From an uncultured Clostridia bacterium (lineage in GTDB: Bacteria > Bacillota > Clostridia > Christensenellales > UBA3700): 64,000 nucleotides of DNA. The position numbers and the translations under genes were made by a program. Positions 32,606-41,345 of this stretch are shown here, piece by piece. Positions within the stretch are counted from its first letter, which is position 1. The number at the start of each line of letters is the position of its first letter. The stretch is taken from the NCBI GenBank assembly GCA_945872615.1, contig CAMBZZ010000004.1:80814-144813 (forward strand), read 5' to 3'. Under the pieces are notes generated by a model that saw nothing but the letters and a program-made list of their open reading frames with translations, was not told the DNA's origin and made no database searches.

Positions 32606-35600
32606 CTTTTCGTCTTCCGATCAAGGCTCTAATTTTGGTGGCTGTGCCGACAAAAAAGCCCTTTATCTCTCTAAATAGCGCCTTGATTGCCTCCACTTCG
32701 GCACGCATAAATAGTATCATCAGAGGCGCGCAAACCACCAATATTACCGTCTTGATAATCATATCGGTAGTAAGTGGCACCAGCGACAAAATACCGCTCA
32801 CAAAGTCGGAGGATACCGCCGCGATAAATATTACCACCGCCATAGCTATCAAGAACAATCTCTCCTTGTTGTACGGCATACATACTTGCAACAAGACTAC
32901 CACGGCGACTATAGCGGTCACGAAGAAGGACATCGTAGATATTTGCGCCGATACGTCCAGTCCAATATCCTTGTATAGATAGCTTATCAGCCATACCATA
33001 AAGGCAACGGTCAAGCCCGCGGGCACGGCTTTCTTAAAGACCTTGGACAAAAAGCTTCCCGACACCTTGGTATCGTTAGGTTCCAAGGCAAGGAAGAAAG
33101 ACGGCAAACCTACGAAGAGCATGCTTATCACCGTCAACTGTATAGGCACGAACGGATAGTTCATCTGGAACAAGATAAGCAACAACGATAGCACTAGGCT
33201 GTAGGTCGTCTTGACGAGGAAGAGCGAAGCCGCTCTCTCGATATTGTTGATAACTCGTCTGCCTTCGGCAACCACGCTAGGCAAAGCGCTAAAGTCGCTG
33301 TCGAGCAACACCAGTTGCGCCACGTTACGGCTTGCCTCGCTACCGCTCGCCATAGCGATAGAACAGTCGGCTTCTTTGAGTGCCATAACGTCGTTGACGC
33401 CGTCGCCCGTCATACCGACGGTATATCCCTTTTGTTTGAGGGACTGCACGAGGATTTTCTTTTGTTTTGGGCTCACTCTGCCAAAAATCGTATATTTGTC
33501 GCAAGCCTCGTAAATCTTCTCGGGCGTATCGAGGTCAACGGAAGCGTCGATAAACTTATCCGCACCCATCAATCCCGCTCTCTCCGCCACCTTAGAAACG
33601 GTGATAGGATTGTCACCGCTGATAACTTTGAGGTTGACGCCTTGCTTGGCAAAATACTCGAAGGTCGCTTTGGCGTTTTCTCTTATCTTATCGCTTAGCA
33701 CTATGAGGGCGATAGGACGCATCTTGTTTTCGTCCATACTCTCTTTTAGCTGCTCGGTAGTCTTGACAAGTACCAGCACTCTATAGCCTTGCGAGGTGTA
33801 TTCGAGCGCGTCGCTCTCCACCAACCCGAAGCGAGATTTTAGCACGAATTCCGGCGCGCCTACGATAAATCTACCCTTATCGCCGAAGTCGGCGCCGCTC
33901 CACTTCCTAGCCGAAGAAAAAGGAATAGTCTTGACTACGTCATACTCTTCGCTACTCTTAAAGTAATTGGCAAAGGCTTCGAACGTTGCTCCGCTTGCAC
34001 CCAACGCCCCTACCATATTGGTCATAATGTCGTCGACGAAGCCATACTTGGTAGAATAGACGTGAGTTTGTTCCACTTGCATACTGCCTTCTGTGATAGT
34101 ACCCGTCTTGTCGAGGCACAACACGTCTACGCGGGCAAGCGTCTCGATACAGTACAAGTCTTGTACCAGCGTGCGTCTTTTGGCAAGTTTGATGATACCC
34201 GCGGCGAGGGCGATACTCGTGAGCATTACCAATCCTTCGGGTATCATACCCACGATAGAAGCCACCGTACCCGTCACGGCTTGATTGATGGTTGCCGTCG
34301 TCTTGAGGTTGGTCAAAAACATCAAGATACCTATAGGGAAAATGGCTATGGTGACTATTCTGATAATCCAGTTGATGGACTTCATCAACTCGGATTTTGG
34401 CTTTTTGAACTGTTTGGCTTCCGTCATCAACTTAGAAGTATAGTTGTCTTTTCCCACCGCGCGAGCCCTTGCTTTGCACTCACCCGCTTGGATAAAGCTA
34501 CCCGACAGCAATTCGCTACCCACTTCTTTGTGCACGTCGTCTTGTTCACCCGTCAACAAAGATTCGTTGACTTCGCACATGCCTTCCACCACTTCGCTGT
34601 CGGCAGGCACTTGTTCGCCTTGTCTCAATACGAAGATGTCGTCAATCACCAGATTGTCGTTGTCTATCTCTACGACTTTGCCGTCACGCACTACTCTAAT
34701 CTTAGGCGTGGACAAAATGCTCATCTTTTCGAGGGTAAGCTTGGAGCGAATCTCTTGCACGATACCCACTATCATATTGACGAGCACCGTACCCATAAAC
34801 AGAGCGTTTTTCAACTCTCCGTATATCAAAATCATCGTCGCTAAGAAAAAGTTGAGAATATTAAACAAAGTCAATACGTTGCTTCTGAATATTCCCGCAT
34901 AAGACTTGGTGACGATATTGGGTTGTTCGTTGTTTAGTCCTCTATCAATACGCTCTTCGACCTCTGCCGCGCTCAAGCCTTGACTTGGGTCGGCGTCTAC
35001 TCTAACCAGAGGCGTACTAAATCTTTTTTTGCTCTTTTTTTTCTTTGTATTACTCGATTGAGACTTGCTTTGAGTTGCGCCTTGCTCACTTGCTCGTTCT
35101 TCGACTAAACTTTCTTCCGTCTTAATATCGTGCTCTGTTGCACTCGATTTATCGGCGCCAATCTCTCGTTGGGCGACAACTATGCTTTCGGAGATTTGAG
35201 TATCCTTTTCGACTTCGATTGCCGTCTTCTCGCCGTCTGCGTCTTGGCTCGGAGTTGCTTGCACCTGATTGTAGACTTCGCCCTGTACGGCTTTGGTCGT
35301 CGACCTTTTGCTTGCGCCCTTAGTCGTTTTTTTAGCTACGGCGTTGTCGGAGCTTTGCCCTTCTACGGTGTTGTCAACGTCTTCGAGTGCCACAGCCACC
35401 GCTCTTTGTTCGATAGGAGCGCTATTTGATTTCTTGCTCGTCTTGGCTTTGTCCGCCGCAACGGCTTGCTTTTTGTTTTCTTCCGCCTTGCTCTTGGTTT
35501 GAGTTGTTATCGTAGACTTAGCGGTTGTAGGCTTAGTGCTTGTTGCAACTTTTTGTTCTTCGACCACCAAAACTTGCTCCGCCTTTTCGTTCGGAGTCTT

Positions 35601-35681
35601 TTTTGCCCTAGGTTTAGGCAACTTTTTGACGCTGTTGGTGATGGTGCTCTGCGTCTTTTTGGTCGTGTCGTTTTTAGCCAT
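32592..35681 (-). CDS. Cation-translocating P-type ATPase with a ~230-aa Lys/Thr/Ala/Ser-rich N-terminal extension
   Basis: 1029 aa. DKTGTITEG is the phosphorylation site, and MTGDGVNDVMALKEADCSIAM is the hinge. The canonical N-terminal domain starts near GLSAAEVEERIDRGLN (aa ~235). Confidence 0.85.
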   Translation of the reverse strand: MAKNDTTKKTQSTITNSVKKLPKPRAKKTPNEKAEQVLVVEEQKVATSTKPTTAKSTITTQTKSKAEENKKQAVAADKAKTSKKSNSAPIEQRAVAVALEDVDNTVEGQSSDNAVAKKTTKGASKRSTTKAVQGEVYNQVQATPSQDADGEKTAIEVEKDTQISESIVVAQREIGADKSSATEHDIKTEESLVEERASEQGATQSKSQSSNTKKKKSKKRFSTPLVRVDADPSQGLSAAEVEERIDRGLNNEQPNIVTKSYAGIFRSNVLTLFNILNFFLATMILIYGELKNALFMGTVLVNMIVGIVQEIRSKLTLEKMSILSTPKIRVVRDGKVVEIDNDNLVIDDIFVLRQGEQVPADSEVVEGMCEVNESLLTGEQDDVHKEVGSELLSGSFIQAGECKARARAVGKDNYTSKLMTEAKQFKKPKSELMKSINWIIRIVTIAIFPIGILMFLTNLKTTATINQAVTGTVASIVGMIPEGLVMLTSIALAAGIIKLAKRRTLVQDLYCIETLARVDVLCLDKTGTITEGSMQVEQTHVYSTKYGFVDDIMTNMVGALGASGATFEAFANYFKSSEEYDVVKTIPFSSARKWSGADFGDKGRFIVGAPEFVLKSRFGLVESDALEYTSQGYRVLVLVKTTEQLKESMDENKMRPIALIVLSDKIRENAKATFEYFAKQGVNLKVISGDNPITVSKVAERAGLMGADKFIDASVDLDTPEKIYEACDKYTIFGRVSPKQKKILVQSLKQKGYTVGMTGDGVNDVMALKEADCSIAMASGSEASRNVAQLVLLDSDFSALPSVVAEGRRVINNIERAASLFLVKTTYSLVLSLLLILFQMNYPFVPIQLTVISMLFVGLPSFFLALEPNDTKVSGSFLSKVFKKAVPAGLTVAFMVWLISYLYKDIGLDVSAQISTMSFFVTAIVAVVVLLQVCMPYNKERLFLIAMAVVIFIAAVSSDFVSGILSLVPLTTDMIIKTVILVVCAPLMILFMRAEVEAIKALFREIKGFFVGTATKIRALIGRRKDDKQ

Positions 35682-35743
35682 ATAATTATAATATCATTTA
35701 TTTATAATTAAGTCAATTTTTGCGCTCAATTATAAGCAATTTT

Positions 35744-36595
35744 TTATTTTTGCAAGTTGTTTCTTCTTATTCCCGCTTTGACGAATAGTTTTTCCAACCC
35801 ATCGAAGTCGCACTCCTGCACGCACTTTTTGATTAGCTCTAGTTGAACTTGGAACTCGTCTATTTTGCCTATTAGATTTTGCTTGTTGTTGATAAAGAGT
35901 TGCGACCACAACTTTTCGTTGATATTGGCAATTCTCGTCAAGTCGCGGTAACTATCGCCTATAAATTTGCCCGTTTCGCTATCTTCGCTGTCGCTGTTGA
36001 TGAGTGCCACCGCTAAAGCGTGCGGAAGCTGGGAAGTATATGCTATTATATCGTCGTGAGCCTTAGGCGACGTGAGCTTGATTTGTCCAAAGCCTATCTC
36101 TTTGGCAAGAAGCTCAACCTTTTGCATAGCCTTAGCGTCGGTATTTTCGGTAGGCGTAATTATAAAGTTTGCCCCGCGGAACACCTTGTCGTCGGCGAAG
36201 TCAAAGCCCTTCTTTTCTCTGCCCGCCATCGGGTGGGCAAATACAAAGTGTACACCCTCGGGCAATACGCTCTCTATGGTCTCGACAAAGTGAGATTTTA
36301 GTCCCGCAACGTCGGTGATAATGGCGCCGTCTTTGATATATTCTACGTTGTCGGCGAGATACTCGGCTATCATATCGGGGTACAACGCCATTACGATAAG
36401 GTCGCTCACCGCAAAAAACTCTCTGCAGTCGACGTTACTTGCCGCCACCGCGCCTTTGGCTAACGCTTTGGCAAGCGTGTCCTCGTCCTTGTCAACGCCG
36501 TACACCTCGTAACCCGCCTTAGTCAAAGCCATTGCGTAAGAGCCGCCTATTACGCCCAATCCTACTACGGTTATTGTCTTGATGCCGTCAACCAT
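35744..36595 (-). CDS. tyrA: Prephenate dehydrogenase
   Basis: 283 aa. VVGLGVIGGS Rossmann motif and AHPMAG, in the aro cluster. Confidence 0.85.
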   Translation of the reverse strand: MVDGIKTITVVGLGVIGGSYAMALTKAGYEVYGVDKDEDTLAKALAKGAVAASNVDCREFFAVSDLIVMALYPDMIAEYLADNVEYIKDGAIITDVAGLKSHFVETIESVLPEGVHFVFAHPMAGREKKGFDFADDKVFRGANFIITPTENTDAKAMQKVELLAKEIGFGQIKLTSPKAHDDIIAYTSQLPHALAVALINSDSEDSETGKFIGDSYRDLTRIANINEKLWSQLFINNKQNLIGKIDEFQVQLELIKKCVQECDFDGLEKLFVKAGIRRNNLQK

Positions 36596-37025
36596 TTTTC
36601 TCCTCCGTCAAAAGGTCTATCGCCTCAACGTAACCGTCAAAACCCTTGCCCTTGATTTGTGCAATGCAAGCGGGCGCGGTCACGGATATTTTTCTAAAGG
36701 CTTCTCTACTGTCCACGTCGGATATGTGTACCTCAACGGTAGGTATGCTGATAGCCTTGATTGCGTCCATTATCGCGTAACTGTAATGCGTATAAGCCCC
36801 CGGGTTGATGACGACGCCGTCGTACTTTTCAAAGTAACACTCGTGCAGGCAATCTATTATCGCTCCCTCGCAGTTGCTTTGAAAAAACGACAATTCTACC
36901 GCCTCTCCCCTCTTTTGCTTGATAAACTCCACCAAACCGTCGTAGGTCTTGTCGCCGTAGATATTCTTTTCTCTTATGCCTAGCATATTGAGATTTGGTC
37001 CGTTGACAACCATAATTTTTTTCAT
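36588..37025 (-). CDS. aroQ: Type II 3-dehydroquinate dehydratase
   Basis: 145 aa. VVNGPNLNMLGIRE...YG and INPGAYTHYSYA are AroQ signatures. Confidence 0.9.
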   Translation of the reverse strand: MKKIMVVNGPNLNMLGIREKNIYGDKTYDGLVEFIKQKRGEAVELSFFQSNCEGAIIDCLHECYFEKYDGVVINPGAYTHYSYAIMDAIKAISIPTVEVHISDVDSREAFRKISVTAPACIAQIKGKGFDGYVEAIDLLTEEKNG

Positions 37026-37132
37026 AATTTCACCTGTTAGCGTATAATTTCTTCCGTTTGTTTGTTATTTTAGTCTTACATTTAGACTTCGTTGGCTTTT
37101 CGATGGAGCCCACTAAAGCTACTCTGACTCTT

Positions 37133-37653
37133 TTGTTTTGTCATTGCGAAGCGTTTGCAAAACGCTGGGCAATCTCATCAATATAATCCTCCATTGTGTA
37201 AAGGGAGGTGTCAACGCAGTTGACGGAGGGATTGTTAGCCGCCCCTGTGCAAGGGGAGGGGAACCGCGGTAGCGGTGGAAGGGTTGTTCTACCCTTTTGC
37301 GTTAACAACTATACGTCATTGCATCATCGCGATGACCAAGTAATTTTGTCATTGCGAGTGCAACGTAGTGAAACGTGGCAATCTCAGTCCTTTTGTCATT
37401 GCGAGTGTGGGTGCTTATGCCGTAGCATTGCAATCTCATCCGATTATGATGCCTCCATTGTGTAAAGGGAGGTGTCAACGCAGTTGACGGAGGGATTGTT
37501 AGCCGCCCCTGTGCAAGGGGAGGGGAACCGCGGTAGCGGTGGAAGGGTTGTTCTACCCTTTTGCGTTAACAACTATACGTCATTGCATCATCGCGATGAC
37601 CAAGTAATTTTGTCATTGTGGTGGAGCGAAGCGTAACCCCGCAATCTCTACAC
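37133..37653 (+). repeat. Composite array of hairpin repeats inside the aro operon. It comprises four GTCATTG(C/T)G...GCAATCTC units and two copies of a 167-bp multi-hairpin module.
   Basis: Units at 37140-37179, 37348-37386, 37395-37440 and 37612-37648. The segment 37188-37354 is identical to 37452-37618, a 264-bp period. The modules are chains of 4-6-bp stems: CCTCC/GGAGG, GTCAAC/GTTGAC, CCCCT/AGGGG, CCGC/GCGG, AGGGT/ACCCT and GTCAT/ATGAC. Confidence 0.9.
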
Positions 37654-37659
37654 TTTCCT

Positions 37660-38934
37660 CTACCGCAGCGCCTCTTTGATTTGTTCCAAGCACTCGGCTA
37701 CGCCCGTATCGTTGGCTATTTCCAAGTCTGCGCAAGACTTATAGAGCGTCTTCCTTTCTTCAAAAATGCTCAATACGTTTTGACTTTTTCCCTTGAGTAG
37801 CGGTCTATTGCTAGTATCGCAATCGCTCGCAATCAACTGAGGATTCCTATTGAGCCACACAACGCTGCCACTCGCTCTCATCATGGCTGTGTTGATAGGA
37901 TTTTTGACTATACCTCCGCCCGTTGCCACAACCAAGCCTTTGCTCTTGCTAAGGTAAGATAAAACCTTGCTCTCGTATTTTCTAAAGGCTTCTTCCCCCT
38001 CGCTCTCAAATATTTGAGGTATGCTCTTGCCGCATAGCTTTTCTATCTCGCTGTCGCTGTCGACAAAATCTCTTCCCATAGCCTTAGCCAGTTCCTTACC
38101 TACAGTGGTCTTACCGCAACCCATCATTCCCACGAGATAGATATTGTTGCCGCTATTGACGTCAAAATTAATCTTGAGTTTTTTGTACTCTTGCTCTACC
38201 CAACTCTCGTCTACGTCTATCTTTTGCCAATACTCTTGCGACTTGACGGCTTGCGCCACCAACATATACAGTCCGTTAGCAACGTACAAACCTTGCTCGC
38301 TTGCCAAAGCCAAAAACTCCGTCATGCTCGGGTTGTACACTACGTCTACGGCTACTTGAAAGTTGGACAATACGCTTATATCCACGGGGCTTACATCTAT
38401 ATTGGGGCTCATACCTACGGGGGTGGTATTGACTACGAGATAGCCCTTGACGGATTTCAGTTGTTCGTAAGATATTTGGCTACCGCTAGGCGTGCGAGAC
38501 ACGACAAGCACATTGTCCGCGCCCGCTTGCTCTAAGCAATACACCACCGACTTGCTTGCTCCGCCGCTACCCAGCACCACGCAAGTTTTACCTTTGACTA
38601 CGACTTCGTTGTATCTAAGCAATGCCTCGAAGCCGTAAGTGTCGGTATTATATCCCACGTATTTTTCGCCCTCTTTGACTACGGTATTGACTGCACCGAG
38701 GACTTTGGCGTCGCCTCTAATCTCGTCAAGGGCGGATATTATCTTTTCTTTGTAAGGCACGGTGACGTTGAGTCCGTCGTAACCGCGGACAATCTCGCCG
38801 ATACGCTCCCACTCGACTTCACTCACTTCTCTTTTGCTGTACTCTCCGCTCACGCCGTATCTTCTAAAGTAATCGGCGTGAATGACGGGGGAAAGACTGT
38901 GCGAAAGTTTTTTGCCTAATACGCAATACTTCAT
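37660..38934 (-). CDS. aroE: Fused shikimate dehydrogenase (AroE) and shikimate kinase (AroK)
   Basis: 424 aa. The N-terminus is LGKKLSHSLSPVIHADYF (AroE). The C-terminal part is IYLVGMMGCGKTTVGKELAKAMGRDFVDSD (AroK Walker A). Confidence 0.85.
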   Translation of the reverse strand: MKYCVLGKKLSHSLSPVIHADYFRRYGVSGEYSKREVSEVEWERIGEIVRGYDGLNVTVPYKEKIISALDEIRGDAKVLGAVNTVVKEGEKYVGYNTDTYGFEALLRYNEVVVKGKTCVVLGSGGASKSVVYCLEQAGADNVLVVSRTPSGSQISYEQLKSVKGYLVVNTTPVGMSPNIDVSPVDISVLSNFQVAVDVVYNPSMTEFLALASEQGLYVANGLYMLVAQAVKSQEYWQKIDVDESWVEQEYKKLKINFDVNSGNNIYLVGMMGCGKTTVGKELAKAMGRDFVDSDSEIEKLCGKSIPQIFESEGEEAFRKYESKVLSYLSKSKGLVVATGGGIVKNPINTAMMRASGSVVWLNRNPQLIASDCDTSNRPLLKGKSQNVLSIFEERKTLYKSCADLEIANDTGVAECLEQIKEALR

Positions 38935-40052
38935 TTTATTTCTCCGCTCTTGTACTCGCCTATCAGTTTGAAGACGGTGGAATTTTGTTGTAGATATTCG
39001 AGAGCCAGCATCACGTTGTTTTGATTGCAGTTGCCCTCCAAATCCACGTAAAAACTATAATTTTTGGGATTGTTTTTGATAGGGCGCGACTCTATCATAG
39101 TCATGTTGACGTTGTATCGAGCAAATACTCTCAATGCGTTGTATAGGCTGCCGACTTTATTTTTGATGACGAAGTGCACGCTGACTTTGTCGGCGTCACA
39201 GTTGAGCATATTTTTGGCTATCACGACAAACCTAGTAAAGTTGTCCTTGCAAGTCGCCACGTTTTGTTCCAAAATCTCCAGTCCGTAAATCTCGGCGTTG
39301 GACTTGTCGGCAAGGGCGGCGCAAGTAAGGTCGTCACCTTGCGCAATAAGTTTGCACGCCGAAGAAGTAGAGGCGCACTCGTGCGTTTGCATACCGCGAG
39401 AGAGCAGAAACTCTTTGCATTGTCCGAGCGCTTGCGGGTGCGAATATACTTTGGCAATAGTCTCCGTCTTTGCACCCTTTTTTGCAAGTAAACTGTGCTC
39501 TATTCGCAGCCACTTTTCGCCCACAACGTACAAGTTGTATTTACCGAGTAGGTCGTATACGTCGGTGATTGCGCCCGTGGAGGAGTTTTCGATAGGCAAA
39601 ACGCCATACTTAATCTCGCCGTTGCTCACCGCCTCGAATATATCTTCAAAGCTCGAGAAGCTTATTGCGTCGCCCCCCGCGAAGTATTCTCTCGTCGCTC
39701 TCTCGGTGTTGCTACCCTTTTCTCCGAAAAAGCCCTTGGAAGCGTGCGCGTCAAAGTCCTCTCTTGCCAAGGTCGTCTTGACTTGTGCGTTGTAATCGCG
39801 CCTTTGGTAGTCCTTGCTTAGCTCCATAAGGCAGTTCATCAGTTCGGGCGCGTAGCAACGCAAAGACGGGTCTTGGATATTGCTCTGCGCCTTGGCTATA
39901 ACTTGCTCCTCTCTACCCGATTGTAGTACGGGCACGTCGTGAGTTTTTTTGTACTCGGCAACCTCTTTGGCGCACGCCATTCTCTCCTCGAAGAGTTTGA
40001 TTATTTCGCCGTCGATGCCGTCAATTTTTGCTCTTATTTCGTCAAGTTCCAT
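38931..40052 (-). CDS. pheA: Bifunctional chorismate mutase / prephenate dehydratase (P-protein)
   Basis: The CM helix is LDEIRAKIDGIDGEIIKLFEERMA. The PDT region contains ENSSTGAI, followed by a C-terminal ACT domain. The ATG at 40052 is preceded by GGGAG. The track start at 40076 has no SD. Confidence 0.85.
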   Translation of the reverse strand: MELDEIRAKIDGIDGEIIKLFEERMACAKEVAEYKKTHDVPVLQSGREEQVIAKAQSNIQDPSLRCYAPELMNCLMELSKDYQRRDYNAQVKTTLAREDFDAHASKGFFGEKGSNTERATREYFAGGDAISFSSFEDIFEAVSNGEIKYGVLPIENSSTGAITDVYDLLGKYNLYVVGEKWLRIEHSLLAKKGAKTETIAKVYSHPQALGQCKEFLLSRGMQTHECASTSSACKLIAQGDDLTCAALADKSNAEIYGLEILEQNVATCKDNFTRFVVIAKNMLNCDADKVSVHFVIKNKVGSLYNALRVFARYNVNMTMIESRPIKNNPKNYSFYVDLEGNCNQNNVMLALEYLQQNSTVFKLIGEYKSGEIK

Positions 40053-40127
40053 TTTTCTCCCACTATCGTAAAACATACGATTGACGTTTTGTAATTCTTC
40101 AGATGATATATACGCTTTATAAATACC

Positions 40128-40240
40128 AAGATAATTCCGCGATTAGCGTGCTCGCTCTCGATAAACGAACGACTACAATCACTAGACTAACCTTGCTCGT
40201 TGTTCTTATTACTAAACTAAGATTATTCCGCGATTAGCGT
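40128..40240 (+). repeat. Pair of 22-bp direct repeats (1 mismatch) in the aroC-pheA spacer
   Basis: AAGATAATTCCGCGATTAGCGT at 40128-40149 and AAGATTATTCCGCGATTAGCGT at 40219-40240. Confidence 0.8.
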
Positions 40241-40283
40241 TTTTTTGTCTAAAAATATGCACGTGTATTTCGGTCAATACGCT

Positions 40284-41345
40284 TTACTCAATGGCGTCTA
40301 GCATCACGATTGCCGCCGCCGCTTCTACCACGGGCAGGGCTCTGACGAGTATGCAAGGGTCGTGTCTGCCCTCGATTTGCAATTTGCATTCTTCGCTCTT
40401 GGATAAACTTACGCTGTCTTGCTCTTTGTATATAGAGGGCGTAGGCTTGATAGTCACGTCGAATACTATAGGCATACCCGTGCTTATTCCGCCCAAAATT
40501 CCGCCGTTGTTGTTGGTTTTGGTGGATATTTTGCCTTCCGTTATGCACCAAGCGTCGTTGGCGATTGAGCCGTAAGTTTTGCTCATATCTTCCGCGTTGC
40601 CGAACGATACCGCTTTGACTGCGGGTATGCTAAATAGCATTGACGATAGTTCGCTCTCGAGCGAGTGGAAGAAAGGACTTCCCACTCCCGCAGGCATGCC
40701 CACTACGGCGCATTGTATTTTTCCGCCCACGCTGTCGCCCTCTTTGCGCGCCGAGATTATCTCGTTTTGCATACTCTCTCTCACTCTGTTATCGAGCACG
40801 GGGAACGAGCAATGCGTGAGGTCGTCGAGCATGCACTCGGTGATTTGCGTGCCGAATGCAAGGTCGTATATATCCTTGATCGCCAAGATATGAGAGCCTA
40901 CGAATATACCCTTTTTGGCAAGAATTTGCTTGGCTATCGCCCCCGCAAAAACCAGCGGCGCGGTAATTCTACCCGACGAGTGTCCGCCGCCTCTATAGTC
41001 GTTGTTGCCCTCCGTCTTGACCCACCAGCCGTAGTCGCTGTGGCTTGGACGAGGAATATCGGGTTGATAGTCCTTAGAGCGCGTATTGGTATTGTAGATT
41101 ATGCCCGTAAGAGGCGCGCCCGTGGTCTTACCCTCGAATATTCCGCTGACAATCTCTACCTTGTCGGCTTCTTTGCGCGTGGTAGAAAATTCTCCCCCAG
41201 GCGCTCTGCGTGCCATCTCTCTCTCAATCTCGTCCATATCGAGTCTAAATCCCGCAGGCAAGTCGTGAATGGTAACTCCAATCGCAACGCCGTGCGACTC
41301 TCCGAAAATGCTGAGTTTGATATTTCTTCCCCATATTCCGCTCAT
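40284..41345 (-). CDS. aroC: Chorismate synthase
   Basis: MSGIWGRNIKLSIFGESHGVAIGV... is the typical AroC N-terminus. The ATG at 41345 overlaps the aroA stop as ATGA. The track start at 41408 lies inside aroA. Confidence 0.9.
   Translation of the reverse strand: MSGIWGRNIKLSIFGESHGVAIGVTIHDLPAGFRLDMDEIEREMARRAPGGEFSTTRKEADKVEIVSGIFEGKTTGAPLTGIIYNTNTRSKDYQPDIPRPSHSDYGWWVKTEGNNDYRGGGHSSGRITAPLVFAGAIAKQILAKKGIFVGSHILAIKDIYDLAFGTQITECMLDDLTHCSFPVLDNRVRESMQNEIISARKEGDSVGGKIQCAVVGMPAGVGSPFFHSLESELSSMLFSIPAVKAVSFGNAEDMSKTYGSIANDAWCITEGKISTKTNNNGGILGGISTGMPIVFDVTIKPTPSIYKEQDSVSLSKSEECKLQIEGRHDPCILVRALPVVEAAAAIVMLDAIE

Noticed and set aside
37208-37465. Protein-coding ORFs inside the repeat elements: 37208..37465, 21849..22157, 47623..47805 and 47685..47942.
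   Set aside because: They are read straight through palindromic repeat units, have no SD, and have repeat-derived composition. I treat them as artefacts of the repeat family.
37133-37653. A CRISPR array.
   Set aside because: The repeats are of two different kinds, with irregular spacing (39-167 bp units). The 'spacers' are themselves repeated, no cas genes are present in the window, and the units are internally palindromic chains of hairpins rather than a single 24-48-bp repeat.
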